The notes under the pieces are model-generated. The model searched no databases. It saw only the letters and a list, made by a program, of their open reading frames with translations, and was not told the origin of the DNA. Of a stretch of 64,000 nt of DNA, positions 26,001 through 38,008 are shown in pieces; positions within the stretch are counted from its first letter, which is position 1; each line of letters starts with the position of its first letter. Made by a program: the position numbers and the translations under genes. The stretch is from Klebsormidium nitens (taxonomy: Eukaryota > Plantae > Klebsormidiophyceae), in the NCBI GenBank assembly GCA_000708835.1, contig DF237295.1, positions 1-64,000 of the forward strand, written 5' to 3'.

Positions 26001-27033
26001 TAACCCTGCTCCTAACCCCAGGTTAGGGTTTGGCAACTCAGCGCCTCTCAAACTGTCCTGCTGCAGGGGGCAGCTCGACAGTTCAAACGAGTCGCGGAGA
26101 AAGGATGACAAGTGGCCGCTTGGCCCCAGGGGTGCATCGCTGAGGTCAGCGCTAGTGGCAGCGGGAAGGAGAACAGGCTGCTCTTTGCAGTCCTCAGCGG
26201 AACACTCCAGCCCGCACTCTGAAGCAGATCTGAGGACGTCGGGGCAAATTCCACCTGATCGGGCATACGAATTGGTGGAAATATTGGTGACAACTCTCAA
26301 ATTCTCGGTGCACTTCATAAGTTGCCCTTGCAAGGAAGTGACGACTGCGTCTCAATAAAGCAACCCACCAAGGAAGTTAAGAAGGCATGACAGCTGCAAT
26401 CATTTCATTGACAAGTTTACCACTCATTTTCAAGTCGTACAAAGCAGTTTACCATCATGGAGAACCGACACAGCGCCTGAAACAGCCGTCAAGAGTGTAT
26501 CAAAATTTACCTGCCCCCCTCAAAGCTCGTTTCACTGGGCTTGTCGCCCCATCTACCTCCATCTTCTCCAGGCCGCCCGCTCCACTTGATGCAAAGGACG
26601 AGTTTGCCGGCAGCTGAAACTGCTGACATTGCGCCGTCCCCAGTCCCTGGGCGTCACAACCGGCCGAAGCAGGCGCAAGCAAGCAAGCAGCATCCGTTTT
26701 GCCCTTCTGCTTCTCTGGGTTAACACAGCCCGCCTCTTTCTTTAAAACCACTCTAGCTTTGGGCTTCTGGCCTTGTTTGGACATATCCACTGCTTTCCGC
26801 TTTCTGGCGCGCTCCTCTCGAGTTTCTCCATCCTGAGGATCTCTTTTACCCAAGACTCTCTTGGCCATCTTCGTTGGCAGAAGAGGAATGTCGTTCTCCC
26901 TTGCTTGGGGTCGTCTCTTTGCACCGTCACCTATTTTGATGGGCTGCACCCTCTTGGCTAGGAGAACTAGTGGCACATCTTCGTCAACCTCACAGCCCGC
27001 CAGCTGACGCTTTCGTCCCTTTCTCTGGATCAT
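14025..27033 (-). CDS. ATX3: Trithorax-group histone H3K4 methyltransferase, ATX3/ATX4/ATX5 (SDG14/16/29) clade: PWWP, PHD, SAND-like, PHD, ePHD, SET, post-SET; 21 exons, ~1229 aa
   Basis: Exons 27033-26511, 26344-25542, 24760-24705, 24461-24137, 23749-23681, 23301-23227, 22809-22754, 22350-22270, 21530-21392, 21105-20997, 20377-20278, 19750-19536, 19045-18897, 18114-17951, 17461-17257, 16629-16513, 16049-15984, 15669-15493, 14918-14844, 14482-14385, 14112-14025 (3690 nt, in frame). Motifs: [18 protein letters not shown] and [13 protein letters not shown] (PWWP), CWVCKQ..WIHADCD (PHD), [86 protein letters not shown]. The exon 2 acceptor could alternatively be ~18 nt further in, in the same frame. 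Confidence 0.95.
22697..22743. repeat. (AAAAC)n-type microsatellite in ATX intron 7
   Basis: AAAAACCAAAAAAACAAAAAAACAAAACAAAACAAACAAAACAAAC; reads as U-rich (GTTTT)n on the transcribed strand just after the donor. Confidence 0.85.
24969..25054 (-). other. 37-bp stem-loop in ATX intron 2 (pre-miRNA-like or foldback element)
   Basis: Arms 24969-25005 and 25018-25054, 12-nt loop; 32 Watson-Crick pairs. On the minus (pre-mRNA) strand four of the five non-WC positions become G:U pairs. Confidence 0.75.
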
Positions 27034-27606
27034 GGCTCGCCGTTTGTAAACGCAAGTGCGATCACTAGCGACTACCCATCGTTGTGCAGACAAGTTGTCC
27101 GCTCATCTACCTTTCTCATTCATGCAGGCCGGAAGCGTCCAGCCCAAACTCAGAGGTCGAGGAATGATGGTAACCAAGGGCGCATGTCCTCCTTTCTTCT
27201 TGTGCTCTGGTTCGGAGCTTTGCTACGGTACTCTAGGCTTTAGAGTCTGGGCTCCACTGGCACCAGGTGGGCATTGCATCAACTTCCTGGCAGTGACGTT
27301 CGTACGTGGACTTTTTGAAGTCTGCCGCGAAGAGTTTGAATCTCAAGATCCGACGGCTGGAGATGCACCGTTTGAAGGGTTGCGTATCCACGGACCGTCT
27401 CGATGTGCCCATTTGAAATTCAGGGGGGCCGAGGACAAGGCTGAACGTCCAGTCGGAGCAACCGAGAACTCTGCAGTCTGCTGCTTCTGTCATTGGCGCT
27501 TTTCTCCCCTTAGGCCAGGGAGGGAATATTCACCGGATGATGCACTTTGTGAGCCGTTCTGCATCTGGGAAGTAGCTTTGAGGTTGAGCCTTCGTATGAT
27601 TGCCCA

Positions 27607-30600
27607 ATGAAGCCCTTTTTCCTCTTGCGCAACGCTGCCCGCACACTTTCTACGAGCACTGCCTCCGCATGCGGAATCCGCAGAGTCCCGCAACCAGATC
27701 TGGAAACGTTTACCAAGAGCTTCTTTCAGGTAAACCTTCACTGACAAGGTTGCCCCAATGACAGCATTGCTTGGAATCATCAGACTCTTACCGGTAAATG
27801 GTTGATCAGTCTCAGCATTGGATAGAACTGTATGAGAACCTACATAACGTGCATATCTGAGAGTGCTCTTCCAAGTAAAGGTGTAAAACATGCAATTCCT
27901 TCTTTTCTACAAGGGCAAAGATGAGTAAATAAAACAACACTCAAGCTAAGTGTTTTCATGAGGTTTTTAAGATTGTTTTTGCTGCTTTATGATGATGCCC
28001 CTTCCTTAGGGGTTTCTTGTCACTTCAACGCACGTAATGGAGTCCAAGTTTCAGTACCAACTTTCTGTGTCATTGACCTCATCAGTTGGGGCTTGGTTGT
28101 AAACCAACATCAACCGGGGGCTTTATTGTGCCCACAGATTTTGCATGGCAGACCCAAGTCAAATCATTCCGCTATCCTGGACTCTTTTCGTGAAGCAAGC
28201 TTGCAGTGTGAAAGAAAGGGCTCGCATCAACATTTGCACAGGTGGAATCTCCAGTCATCATCACTGACGCAATCAGCAAATGGCCTGCCGCCACCTGGAC
28301 TCCAACAACATTGGCGAGTCGCTTTCCAGATATCACCGTCCCAGTGGAAATTTCACGTTGGAGTGAGAAGCTGAAACGCTGGGGTGATTATAGAGATCTG
28401 TATGCCGAGCCTGCTGATGGTTGGGCCACTGGAGGGGAGGAGGTTTTTGCACCACACCAAGAGAGTGAGCAAGGGGTTTAAAATTGCTTCTTGTGAAGGC
28501 TGCTCTCGAGCAATTGGCTCCAAGTCTGTTGTTTAGGGGGTCTGTTTTTGACACTGTAGAATCAGGCGCCAACGAACTGCTCTCTCTCGTCATGCTTCTT
28601 GTTGGCCACAAAGTACCGCTTTTGGATATTCAACCTTCTCTCTACTTCTTTGAGACCTTCAGCTTCGAGTTGCCTGACGCCTCTTTGACGAGTTCGGCGG
28701 TTAGACTCGCTTCCCTGATGAGCTAGGCCTTTTCGTAGAAGCACAACAAGGAGAGAACTTCATGAACAAGGTGTTCTCGTGCAGACAAGGCCACTAAAGG
28801 TCGACCATTTTGTGACTTTCAAGGGGCAGTGAACTCATGTTGTTTCTCAAGTGTGGGTGATGCGTCCTTGAACTTTTCTCCAATAGCTGCAGGCTAATCA
28901 TAGAACATTATTGAAACACACCAACTCCTTATATGAAGGCGACTGACATGTTACTAGATTGACAGGGTCCTAGTATCCTCACAGGAATTGGACTCCCAGC
29001 TCTTACCCAGAGTCAAAGCATGCTCCTTCTTCAACTGAAAGATTGTCAATCTCTTTTCCCCAGTGCCGCTGAGCTTCTTCGTCGACACCTTCGTGCTCAA
29101 CAAAGACGCACACCCCGATGTTAACACAAAGTGGCGCGGCTACCTCGCCCAGCACAGCCTCCTTGACGAGAACCCTGAGATGACGTCAGCAGTGATGTAA
29201 GAGGCATCGCCGATGACATCAGCCTTCGACATTTTTCAAAGGAAAGGGAATCGTCTCTCAGGCTACTATGATAAAAGGCCCTGCGAAAGGTTTTGCTCGA
29301 TTCCTGGTTGATGGACCCTGATTTTGTCTGTCAAGCTGGCAATCTGCTAAGTCATTGAATGAAGTTTGTCCTGCAAAGACCGAAAACGTTTTTTCGCGAG
29401 TTGCCAGTTTCGACTTGACCTGACTTCTACGAGTACAGAAGTCGAACGACTCAAGTCCCACTCAAGTCCTCGTTGGTAGTCGGCTTGGCCTTCATCCAAG
29501 CATCCGATATTATCCGTGTTGGAGTAAGAGTCCGTTTGCTATCGTTGCAGAGAGCCTGATTACATCAAGGCCGGAAAGGGCCTCCACCAAAAGAACGTCT
29601 GGCTTGGACCTGCCGGAATGAGCACGCCCCTGCACCAGGACCCTTATCACAACCTCTTCGCCCAGGCAAGTGATACTTAGGTTGGGGGATATTACTCCCA
29701 GGATTTTCGAAGTACGTTCCAGCTCTGCGAAGGCAGTCCGGATTGGCGAGTTGCGCTTCGAGGCCAAGATTGTTGGCATGTAGATCGGCGCCTGTCACTT
29801 TTTAATGACACGGATTCGCCCTGGCTTCTCGGCTGGCCTAGATTGATGATAAGGTCGTCCGATGCAAATGGTCTTTACCCCTTCGAGCAATCTGTCCAAA
29901 CATGCCATCTAATGTGCCTTCATTCGCATGTGCCAGCGCCAAGGAGTTAGAGATTCTTCTGGCGGTCTACTGCCAGCCTTTACCAATGCGTAACTTCTCT
30001 CTTTGGACGTGCAGATCCATGGGCGTAAGTACGTCCGATTATACCATCCTCGAGACACCGCAGCCATGCACCCGTTCCAGCACTCCCCTCTCCTGCGTAA
30101 CACGTCCAAGGTCAGTGACAGCAAATGCAAAAGCGTACCCCATTTATTACTTGCAAGCCACTATGAGTATTCTGGCGCTATGACTCCTCCGATGACGGAT
30201 GTTGCCGTCTAAGTAAACTGCTAAGCGGCTAATGAGTGAGCAACGAGTGCAAACAATAGCATTCGCTGAAAGATGTACGAAGCCAGCCGCAGCCGCACCT
30301 GCGCATAGCTGCCGTTTCCAGCGACCACTAGACTGACTCGAATGATTCTGACCACTTTCAGCACTCGTATCTCCTGATCGATCTTGTACAACCCCACGCG
30401 GTCGCTACTAGTGATCTTGGATCGATGCATACATTAGGCAGTCCGACTATTTATACTTAAGCTTCATGCCCACCTTCATCTTCTTCTTCACCCGACCGTT
30501 TCTGTCCATGTAAATTAGGTCGACGTGGAGGCGTCCGAAACTTCGGACACGTGGCCGAACTTTGTTCGGACGCCGTTCTGGGAGTGCGAGCTGCAACCGG

Positions 30601-31602
30601 GGGAGATGCTCTACGTGCCGCGCAAGTGGTGAGCCGCTGCGGCTCGCGCCTCTAGTTCTTTGACATTGTAAGTTTCATCGTGGGTTGATTTTTGGCCAGG
30701 GGTTCCGCTGGATTGCAACCGGAAAATTGTGGAGGCGGATCACACGTCACCGCTCCGCTACTATTTGTCAAGGCGATCAAATGGGGTGAGGTGGTCCGGT
30801 CTTCCGGTTCCGTTGTTCCGTTCAGTTGCGCACGAGAAGCAGGACCGCACTTTCCTCGCACATCTCGTTCCATTGACCTGTTAACTCCTTTGAGATGGAC
30901 CGGTCTTCCGGTCAGGTCGGTCCGCTCAGATGCTAACGGGAAGCAAAAGGACAGTCGCATTCGTCCGTTTTGGCCCTTCGCTCCGTGCATTGTAAGTACT
31001 CAGTCAAATCGTTACAGAAAGCAGCGAAGAAATGGCCCGCCTGCCAGTTCGCTGTCATGTCAAAGCGGGTGGAAACGACCGTTGTTTTGCCGGGCCGTTC
31101 CGCTGAGTTGCCGACCGGAACGAATTCGCCTTGTCGTCAGGGGGTCCCGGAACCGTCCGGTCATAGGCCCGTTCCGAATGAATAGCCCGTTTCTTTCCGA
31201 CCAGAAAGCAGTCAAAGAACCAGTCAGCAGATTCAGATGCAAGATTTCAGCTCTTCTTATAATGCCTCGAGCCAATTTTTGTATTTTCGACTACTGAAAT
31301 AATCGCTGGACAGACGTGCAGAGCCGGGCCGACGAAACGTTGCAAGCTTTTGGTCTCGCCATCCAGAATGTACTTCAGTGCGTTCCAGTGCCCCTCGCGT
31401 GCTGTGTCATTCATTCAAAACGTCTGGTTCACTTCGTAGAAATCCCAAAAGCAGCAAGCACTGCACTGTAATGATCCTCCAAAGTGTTGTCTTCTTCCCG
31501 ACTCTGTGACGTCACCGGCTTATCTCAGCTTCTCGCACCGCCAGGTGGCACTACGTCCGAGCGGTTGATACGAGCCTGTCCATAAGCTTCTGGTGGACCT
31601 GA
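27607..31602 (+). CDS. JMJD5: JmjC-domain 2-oxoglutarate/Fe(II) oxygenase, JMJD5/KDM8/JMJ30-like, JmjC-only form, 7 exons, ~285 aa
   Basis: Exons 27607-27729, 28242-28464, 29064-29196, 29551-29665 (GC donor), 30015-30110, 30519-30628, 31545-31602 (858 nt). Motifs [93 protein letters not shown]. The Fe triad H-x-D...H is intact. Confidence 0.92.
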
Positions 31603-33193
31603 GGCACGTGCCACCGCTACGTCATTCTACCGCTGCTCTCGTCAGCAGTAAAGCACGTTCGCAAGCGTTCGGCACGTTTCAGTGGCTCCCTGTGGTAAGT
31701 TATGTTATCAACGGCCGATGCCAAGCGGATCCCAGCTTCTGCGTATGCACGGGGTTCTGCGCTTATCAAGGTTTGTTTCTTGAGCAGATTGAACGACTTA
31801 AGAGTGCCCAGAAGCATTCGCTGCTCGTTTTGATCTGTCTGCCTATGATCAAAGAACACCAGAACTGGTTTGCCCTAGTTTGTTGTCCACTGTCTACAAA
31901 TGCACGTCCATGCAAAGGAACTCATATTCTCTCGTTGCTGGACCTCAGGTCGAGACACGTGGCTTCTTCTATCCGTACTGGGATCTACGTCCAAGTACTG
32001 AAGGGTCGCCGACCGTGGAACATTGCTATGGCTATCTACAGCGAGTGTTTTCGAGGGTGGGGCTTTTATTGGGAAGAGAAACACCGGAGCATGGAGAAAA
32101 AGACGGGTCTGTCACTGCATAAAATCGGATTGTCTTTTCCATGCATAACAACGCTTCAAAGAGCTTAGGGGCATCGGGAGTGCCTAGCTGATCTTGTAAA
32201 ATACCGATGCGCACAAGCCTCAACTGTCCATTGGCTGCGGTATGGTAAGTCCACCAATGTAAGCCGCTGATATCGTGGCAGTATTTACTTAATACAATCA
32301 GAGAGAGATAATCGGACGGATAGTTCCAGTTTGAGACATAATGATATTGTTCGGATCATGTCAAGTCGAGCCAGGATCGATTAGTGACTATGTATGTCAG
32401 TGTTTATACATGACGCCATGAGAGCTTCTTCTAAGGATGGATTGTCGACAGCCACAAATCAAAACACAGGTTTGTCTGGTGGTTGGCACGTGAACTGATA
32501 CGCGAATGCAGGCGAGCTATGCTGCCATGTGCATGACACTGAGTGATGGACTCCACGTGTCAGGCCAGCTAGAGCTGCATGTGGCTCAACCGACTGTCAA
32601 CCATGTATACGCGCCGGCGTGCGGCCAAACGATCGCCTTTATGATTTGCACATTGACCACAATGATGATCCCACGTGCTACCGTCATGATCGGATCATTG
32701 TTTAAGCTCGTTTGATAAGTATACGAACCGGTTTGCGATCATGCATTCTTAATGATTGACTTTTTATAGTGTAAGCTTATCATTGAAAGCCGGACGCAAG
32801 TCGGTGTGCAAACATGAGTCGCGATCAGACACAAGGATACTGAGGCTTTAATGGCAGCACATGAGCTCGGCATGCATCATGTGGCTGAAACATAGAAGGC
32901 ATCTCTGCAATCAATTATGTACATGTCCGTTCTTAATTTCGCTCACCTGGTTAAAATGCTGCTGAATCTTGATATACCTACTCTACAGGCCTTTAGTTTC
33001 AAATGACTGACACTTAAATCTTCGTTAACTTTGTAGCGTCCCTCTACGTATTCGCTGGAGCTAAAGCATTTCGATTCATACTCTGCAATGACTCCGTTGT
33101 GTTCATCTCAGCATACTCGTTCGTTTGGTCGCCGAACGTGAAAGCCCGCAAAAGGCGAGCGCAGTTCGATTGCCTACTAACATAGAACTTGAC

Positions 33194-36100
33194 CTACATT
33201 CTAGGAGCTGCATAAGAAAGAATGCATGACTTGTCAGATCAGCCGTTTCTTTGGGTGATCTACAAAGGCAGATAACAGGTACAAACTATAGACAGACGTT
33301 CAATGAGTCAATCTGCTGACGCGCTCCAAGATTTACATGTTCGAAATACATTAACGAAAGCCAACCAACCTGGTCAACATGATATTTAAGCAAGACGAGA
33401 GGAAGAGCGGAAACGTACCTCCGCCAATGGTTGCTTCTGGCAACCTTTCAATGCTGTATTTATGTTGTGTAATGTACATGATTGGAACGCCAGGAATCTG
33501 CACAGGCACCTTGGGCAGTGTAAGACGATACCCGTAACCGTTCGCTCAAAACCGATCGGGGACGCTACGTGACGCTCTTTCGCTGAACCGCTCTTTCAAC
33601 TTCGTATTTGTGCCAAAACGCCGACAAACAATCAATGATGCTTGCCGGTCAAGGAGCCATCAATGAGCCCTCGCTCAGTTCTCCGAGCATTCTGAGAAGG
33701 GCGACCACTAATATGCTCCAGACGGATGTATGTCACTAGAAATCATTGACCTCTCAAAACAAACAAATTGCACGCCGTTACGTGTCTACCACATCAAAGC
33801 TGCTGTTTGCTTCTGCTCTGAAAGAGCTGCTCCTGAAGAGTGCGGCGCTGCTCGAAAGTGTTTGTATCAACCTTACAGAATCAGCGCCTTCAACGCTCAA
33901 AAACCATCTCAGATGACGACACTTCGATTGACACGGCGACCAATCTGCACTTCCTGCGGCTTTCTGGTCGCCAAGAAAGCGTCAGCTAGGTGTAATCAAT
34001 GAGCGAAGGGCAAGCAGGCGAAGGCCTGCCTACGGAAATCTCACCTTGCGTATTCGCCGCTTCAGGTCTCTATCGCAGGTGGCTACGATGTAGCACTTGT
34101 GCTGCAGCACAGAATATAGAGTCGTCAGAATCTTCGACTTGGGTTCTTGAGCCCTGGTGCCAAGCAACCAAACGACCTCTTTTCAAGAAATCTCATAGTG
34201 AAGGTATCCATTGCAACTGAGAGTAGTCTGCCCTGATTCTGTTCCAGACAGCCACAGCAATCGCCTTGGTTGCTTGGTTGAGTACCTCCAATGAAAGTGG
34301 TCACGGAAAGTTTGAATGGAGCTTACAGCTTGCTACTGCAGTCCAGTTCAACCATCGGTGAGCCCTCCATTGAAATAAACTGCAAATTTCTACAGAGAAG
34401 ACTATTCCTGTTTGAACTCTGTGCCAACACAGAACTTGTTAACACTTCTTGCCAACACTTCTTGAGTTAGCGATGTATCATGCAGTCTCAGAACAGCTCT
34501 TACCTGCCGAACCCTGTCCACTAAGCAGTCATCCGCATATGTCCCAGAGTGAGTGCAGGGGAGGCGCTCGAATCGGGGATCCTTTGCAATGCTGCAGAAT
34601 ATACTTGGTATAAGATACATCTAAACCATTCTTCTGTGACTAGCATATATGTAAAGACTTGAAAACCCTCTTCAACATAAGCACCAGACGCATTGCAAAG
34701 CTATCTCGTCCCTTGGGGCCGGCGAGACCCAGACGAGCAAGAACTTCTCGAGACACAGTCTGGGGAAAGACTGCAATAGCAGCTGGAGAACAGGTGCCAA
34801 AACTACGGCAACGCGGAACCTGGTGTTTGCTCCTTACCGCAGAGCGACCCTGTATCGCTGGCCCAGCTTCTCGAGCTCCGCCATCACGCAGTCCGTTATG
34901 CAGGGCGTGCCTGCAAGCAGTAGGAAACGTTTCTCAGATATACCGCAGACCAGACCACTCAACGAACTGAGACAAGCTCTGTTTCCATTACAGACCACAC
35001 GCTTGCTAGAAATCGAGGATTATCTGCAAACAGTAGAAAGCGTTTGAGGATCTCCAGACAAACCTGCTGTTTAGGACCCCCGAGACGAGCCCCGCTTCGA
35101 TTTCAAACCACACATTCGCATGTGTATGTCGCATGTAAACATCACCAGTTGGACAGAAAGCGCCTGACCTAAGAGGACCTATCGAAGGTTGCTCGCGAGC
35201 ATACATGGATAAGCTTTGGCAAGCAAGGGGAACCACTTACATTTCGCATAGAGACAGTCCATCATGCTCTTTACTAGATCCAGCTGCAGCAAGAGCGGAA
35301 CAGGTCAGCCAAGCACGGAGAGTCACGAGGAACCAGACAAGAAAGGAAAGGCAGCAGAAAAACTGACACCAGCCGCATGCAGTCTTCTACTGGCGTGCAA
35401 TTACACCAAGCGCGAGGATCTCATCGAAGGCCGTCGAAAAGGGCCACTGTAAACCACCGCCGAGGCTCCTGGTGCACAGATGTCCAAAATCCGCCCTTGT
35501 AATACGTTGATCATCAAAGTGCTTCCGGATCCCAAATACACTTTACAGCCAACCCTTTACGAGTTCGTTTAGGGCATGGCAAAACGATAGGAAAGCGTCA
35601 AAGGAGCAGACGACGGAGCAAACGTTTGCAGCTTCTGGCGTGGGACTCTCCGTTACATGACTTTGGACCTTGTCCAAGCTGACACTTGCAAGATGGCTCA
35701 CCTTGTTTTGAATTGAGAAGTTGATGAAGTTGGTATCCACAAGCACTTGATACGGCGGTCCCAGCGCAGTGTTGTACTTGAAGAAGAGGGCGGACGAAAC
35801 TTGTTGGCTGCGGAGAATGATGTGAAAGTCAGAAACAAATAGTGGTCGGAACACCTTGAAAGGTTCTGCGTGATGAGACAGCTTCCTCACTGTTATATCT
35901 GAATCTCAAGCGGTGACACTTGCTAAACCCGCCCCCCCTCCCAAGAAGAAGTGACGAGCATCTTCTTGGCCATGCCAAAAGCCCCTTTCGAGCGCAAATC
36001 AAGAGTTACCCCCCAAAGATATCTAAGTTTCGGATTCTAAGGGAGTTTGATCACAAGAATCATCATCTTTTTTGAATGTTACCTGCTGCACTATGTGAGA

Positions 36101-37003
36101 GTTGTCAGTATAAGTGCGGCAGTGGTTGTCAACTATGCACAGCAACTTACCGTGCCATTGCATACTTTTGAAAGGCTGCCCGGATGTTGACCGGACACCT
36201 CCAGTCTTAACCAGAACATTGACACACCCCTAAGACCCCCCTCCACTTTGTCTTGTACCACCACCCCCTCTACACCCTCTTCAAGTAACTAGCTGTCTGA
36301 AACAAATAGAGGGGGTGGATGCTGTCAACTGGTTTCAATCGAAGCAATTGATTAAAAAAGTCAATCGAATCATCCGCAATTGACTTAACATTGTGGCTGA
36401 CAACTTACACATTTCGAGGAAGCTTGTCATCCTTTTTGCCGGCAGCGAGGGCCTTCTCTTTTTGACTGCAAAAACAAGGACGGACTTTCGATAAATGCAA
36501 ACTCCTATCATAAAATCATTCATGGCACACCGGCTGCACACACGATGACTCTGTATCCAGAAATATGTTCCTCAGAATCTTGTCTTTGTACAGTGCGTCA
36601 AAGCTCTACTTCCATAAACCGCAGCTTTGCACAGGACGTCCTACCACCTCCAGTGGGGCTACTTTTGGCACATATACCAAGGCTGATTTGGGCATTGAAG
36701 AGAACTCTCTGCATCGCCACCATTACCGAGCAATCCAGTATGATGAGCCAATAGATGATCAATCTTGCAGCTGCCAAGAGATGTGGCCAGCGAAACCCTA
36801 ATGTGAAGCCTTTTACATTCGTTTATGAATCTACTATCACAAGAAATACCACTTCTGGCCCTGCAAAAACAACCTCTCACTCCCCAATCCAAGCGGGGTG
36901 TCCTTGTCGACTCAGAAAGCATCTCTACTCACTCTTTCACATCCTTCAGATTGAGGATGCGCTTGACTTGCGCATACTTCCGCTGTTGCTTTGCCCGCCC
37001 CAT
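33194..37003 (-). CDS. FCF1: rRNA-processing PIN-domain endonuclease FCF1/UTP24, 9 exons, ~195 aa
   Basis: Exons 37003-36933, 36465-36409, 35807-35702, 35283-35241, 34910-34838, 34591-34504, 34101-34045, 33497-33419, 33207-33194 (588 nt). Motifs [110 protein letters not shown]. Confidence 0.97.
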
Positions 37004-38008
37004 CGTCCGGGCAAAATCTCTACAGCGAAACAAAGCAGCTTAAAGGCAGCCCTGACGGCAGACACGTTGCAGGAGGGCAAAACTTTGAACTGTTCTAACA
37101 ATCTCAGCCGCTGAGCAGATTAGGCTCCACAAAGCAGTTGGGCGCCGTCTCAGAAGAATTAAACTCATGCAAGCTTACTACCTTCTGAAGAACTTGAAGT
37201 TGAATGAAGGCGGACCGGGACAGCCTGCCAGTGCTTGTGCTCGTCTTGCTGGCGAGGTTGAGGTTGCTGCTTGGTTCCCGATCCAAGTTTAACTATTCTA
37301 AAATCTTGTCTCTGGTTTCAGGCCTACATACCTATACGGGCGGGTACAGGTCTATGAATCTAATACCAGCAGATTTAATGTATTTATCTTATTTTCTTCA
37401 TATTCATATGGGCGTCAAAACCGGCATATCAGATGTCAGAGACGGCAGAGATACAACATTCTTTGAACCAAGCGCTTGATGAAACGGCACATTCGCGGTA
37501 TTATGGGGTGTGCACCTCATGTCAGCATATTTTGGGCTCAAAATCTCCTGGATATGCTTGAAAAGTACCTATGAGATTTTACTACGTGTACTTTTTTGTG
37601 TTGATTTGTTGTTGGAATTAGAACCTGTTCATGAAGCTGCTCAAGCTGGGCAATATCCTTCAACAGAACAGATCAGTGACAGAAGTCGCATTGTGACCAG
37701 TTGCATCGCAGAAAGCCTAGGCAGCAGTTCTTTATTCTGCCACAAAGCCGTTAGCTGTTCCTTTCAAGGCGGAACAAAACCTCGCCGGTCAGTTCTGCGA
37801 TTGATCCCCATACAATTCCTCAGTTCATTTCTTTTTATCACCAGATCCAAAACTTTTTGCCCTCAACAACGATAGTCTGGAAAAGCAGGCTCTTGGCCGT
37901 AGTTGTCAAGTGAAGATCAAAGCCTCTTGCTACCTATCGCTCTAGAAAGCAAGCACAAGGTGCCGTCAGCTCGTAAAGCTGGCGAGGCCTCTTGCACGGG
38001 TGAAGTCG

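Noticed and set aside
30690-31300. 201-aa ORF and CCGGTTCCG/CGGAACCGG inverted motifs in JmjC intron 6
   Set aside because: It may be a transposon relic, but I found no terminal inverted repeats, TSD or transposase similarity.
31593-32168. 191-aa ORF overlapping the JmjC stop codon
   Set aside because: No motif and 3'UTR-like composition; probably a chance ORF.
36793-36801. Telo-box AAACCCTAA in FCF1 intron 1
   Set aside because: It fits the plant ribosome-biogenesis pattern, but about one such 9-mer is expected by chance in 64 kb, and another occurs near 1241.
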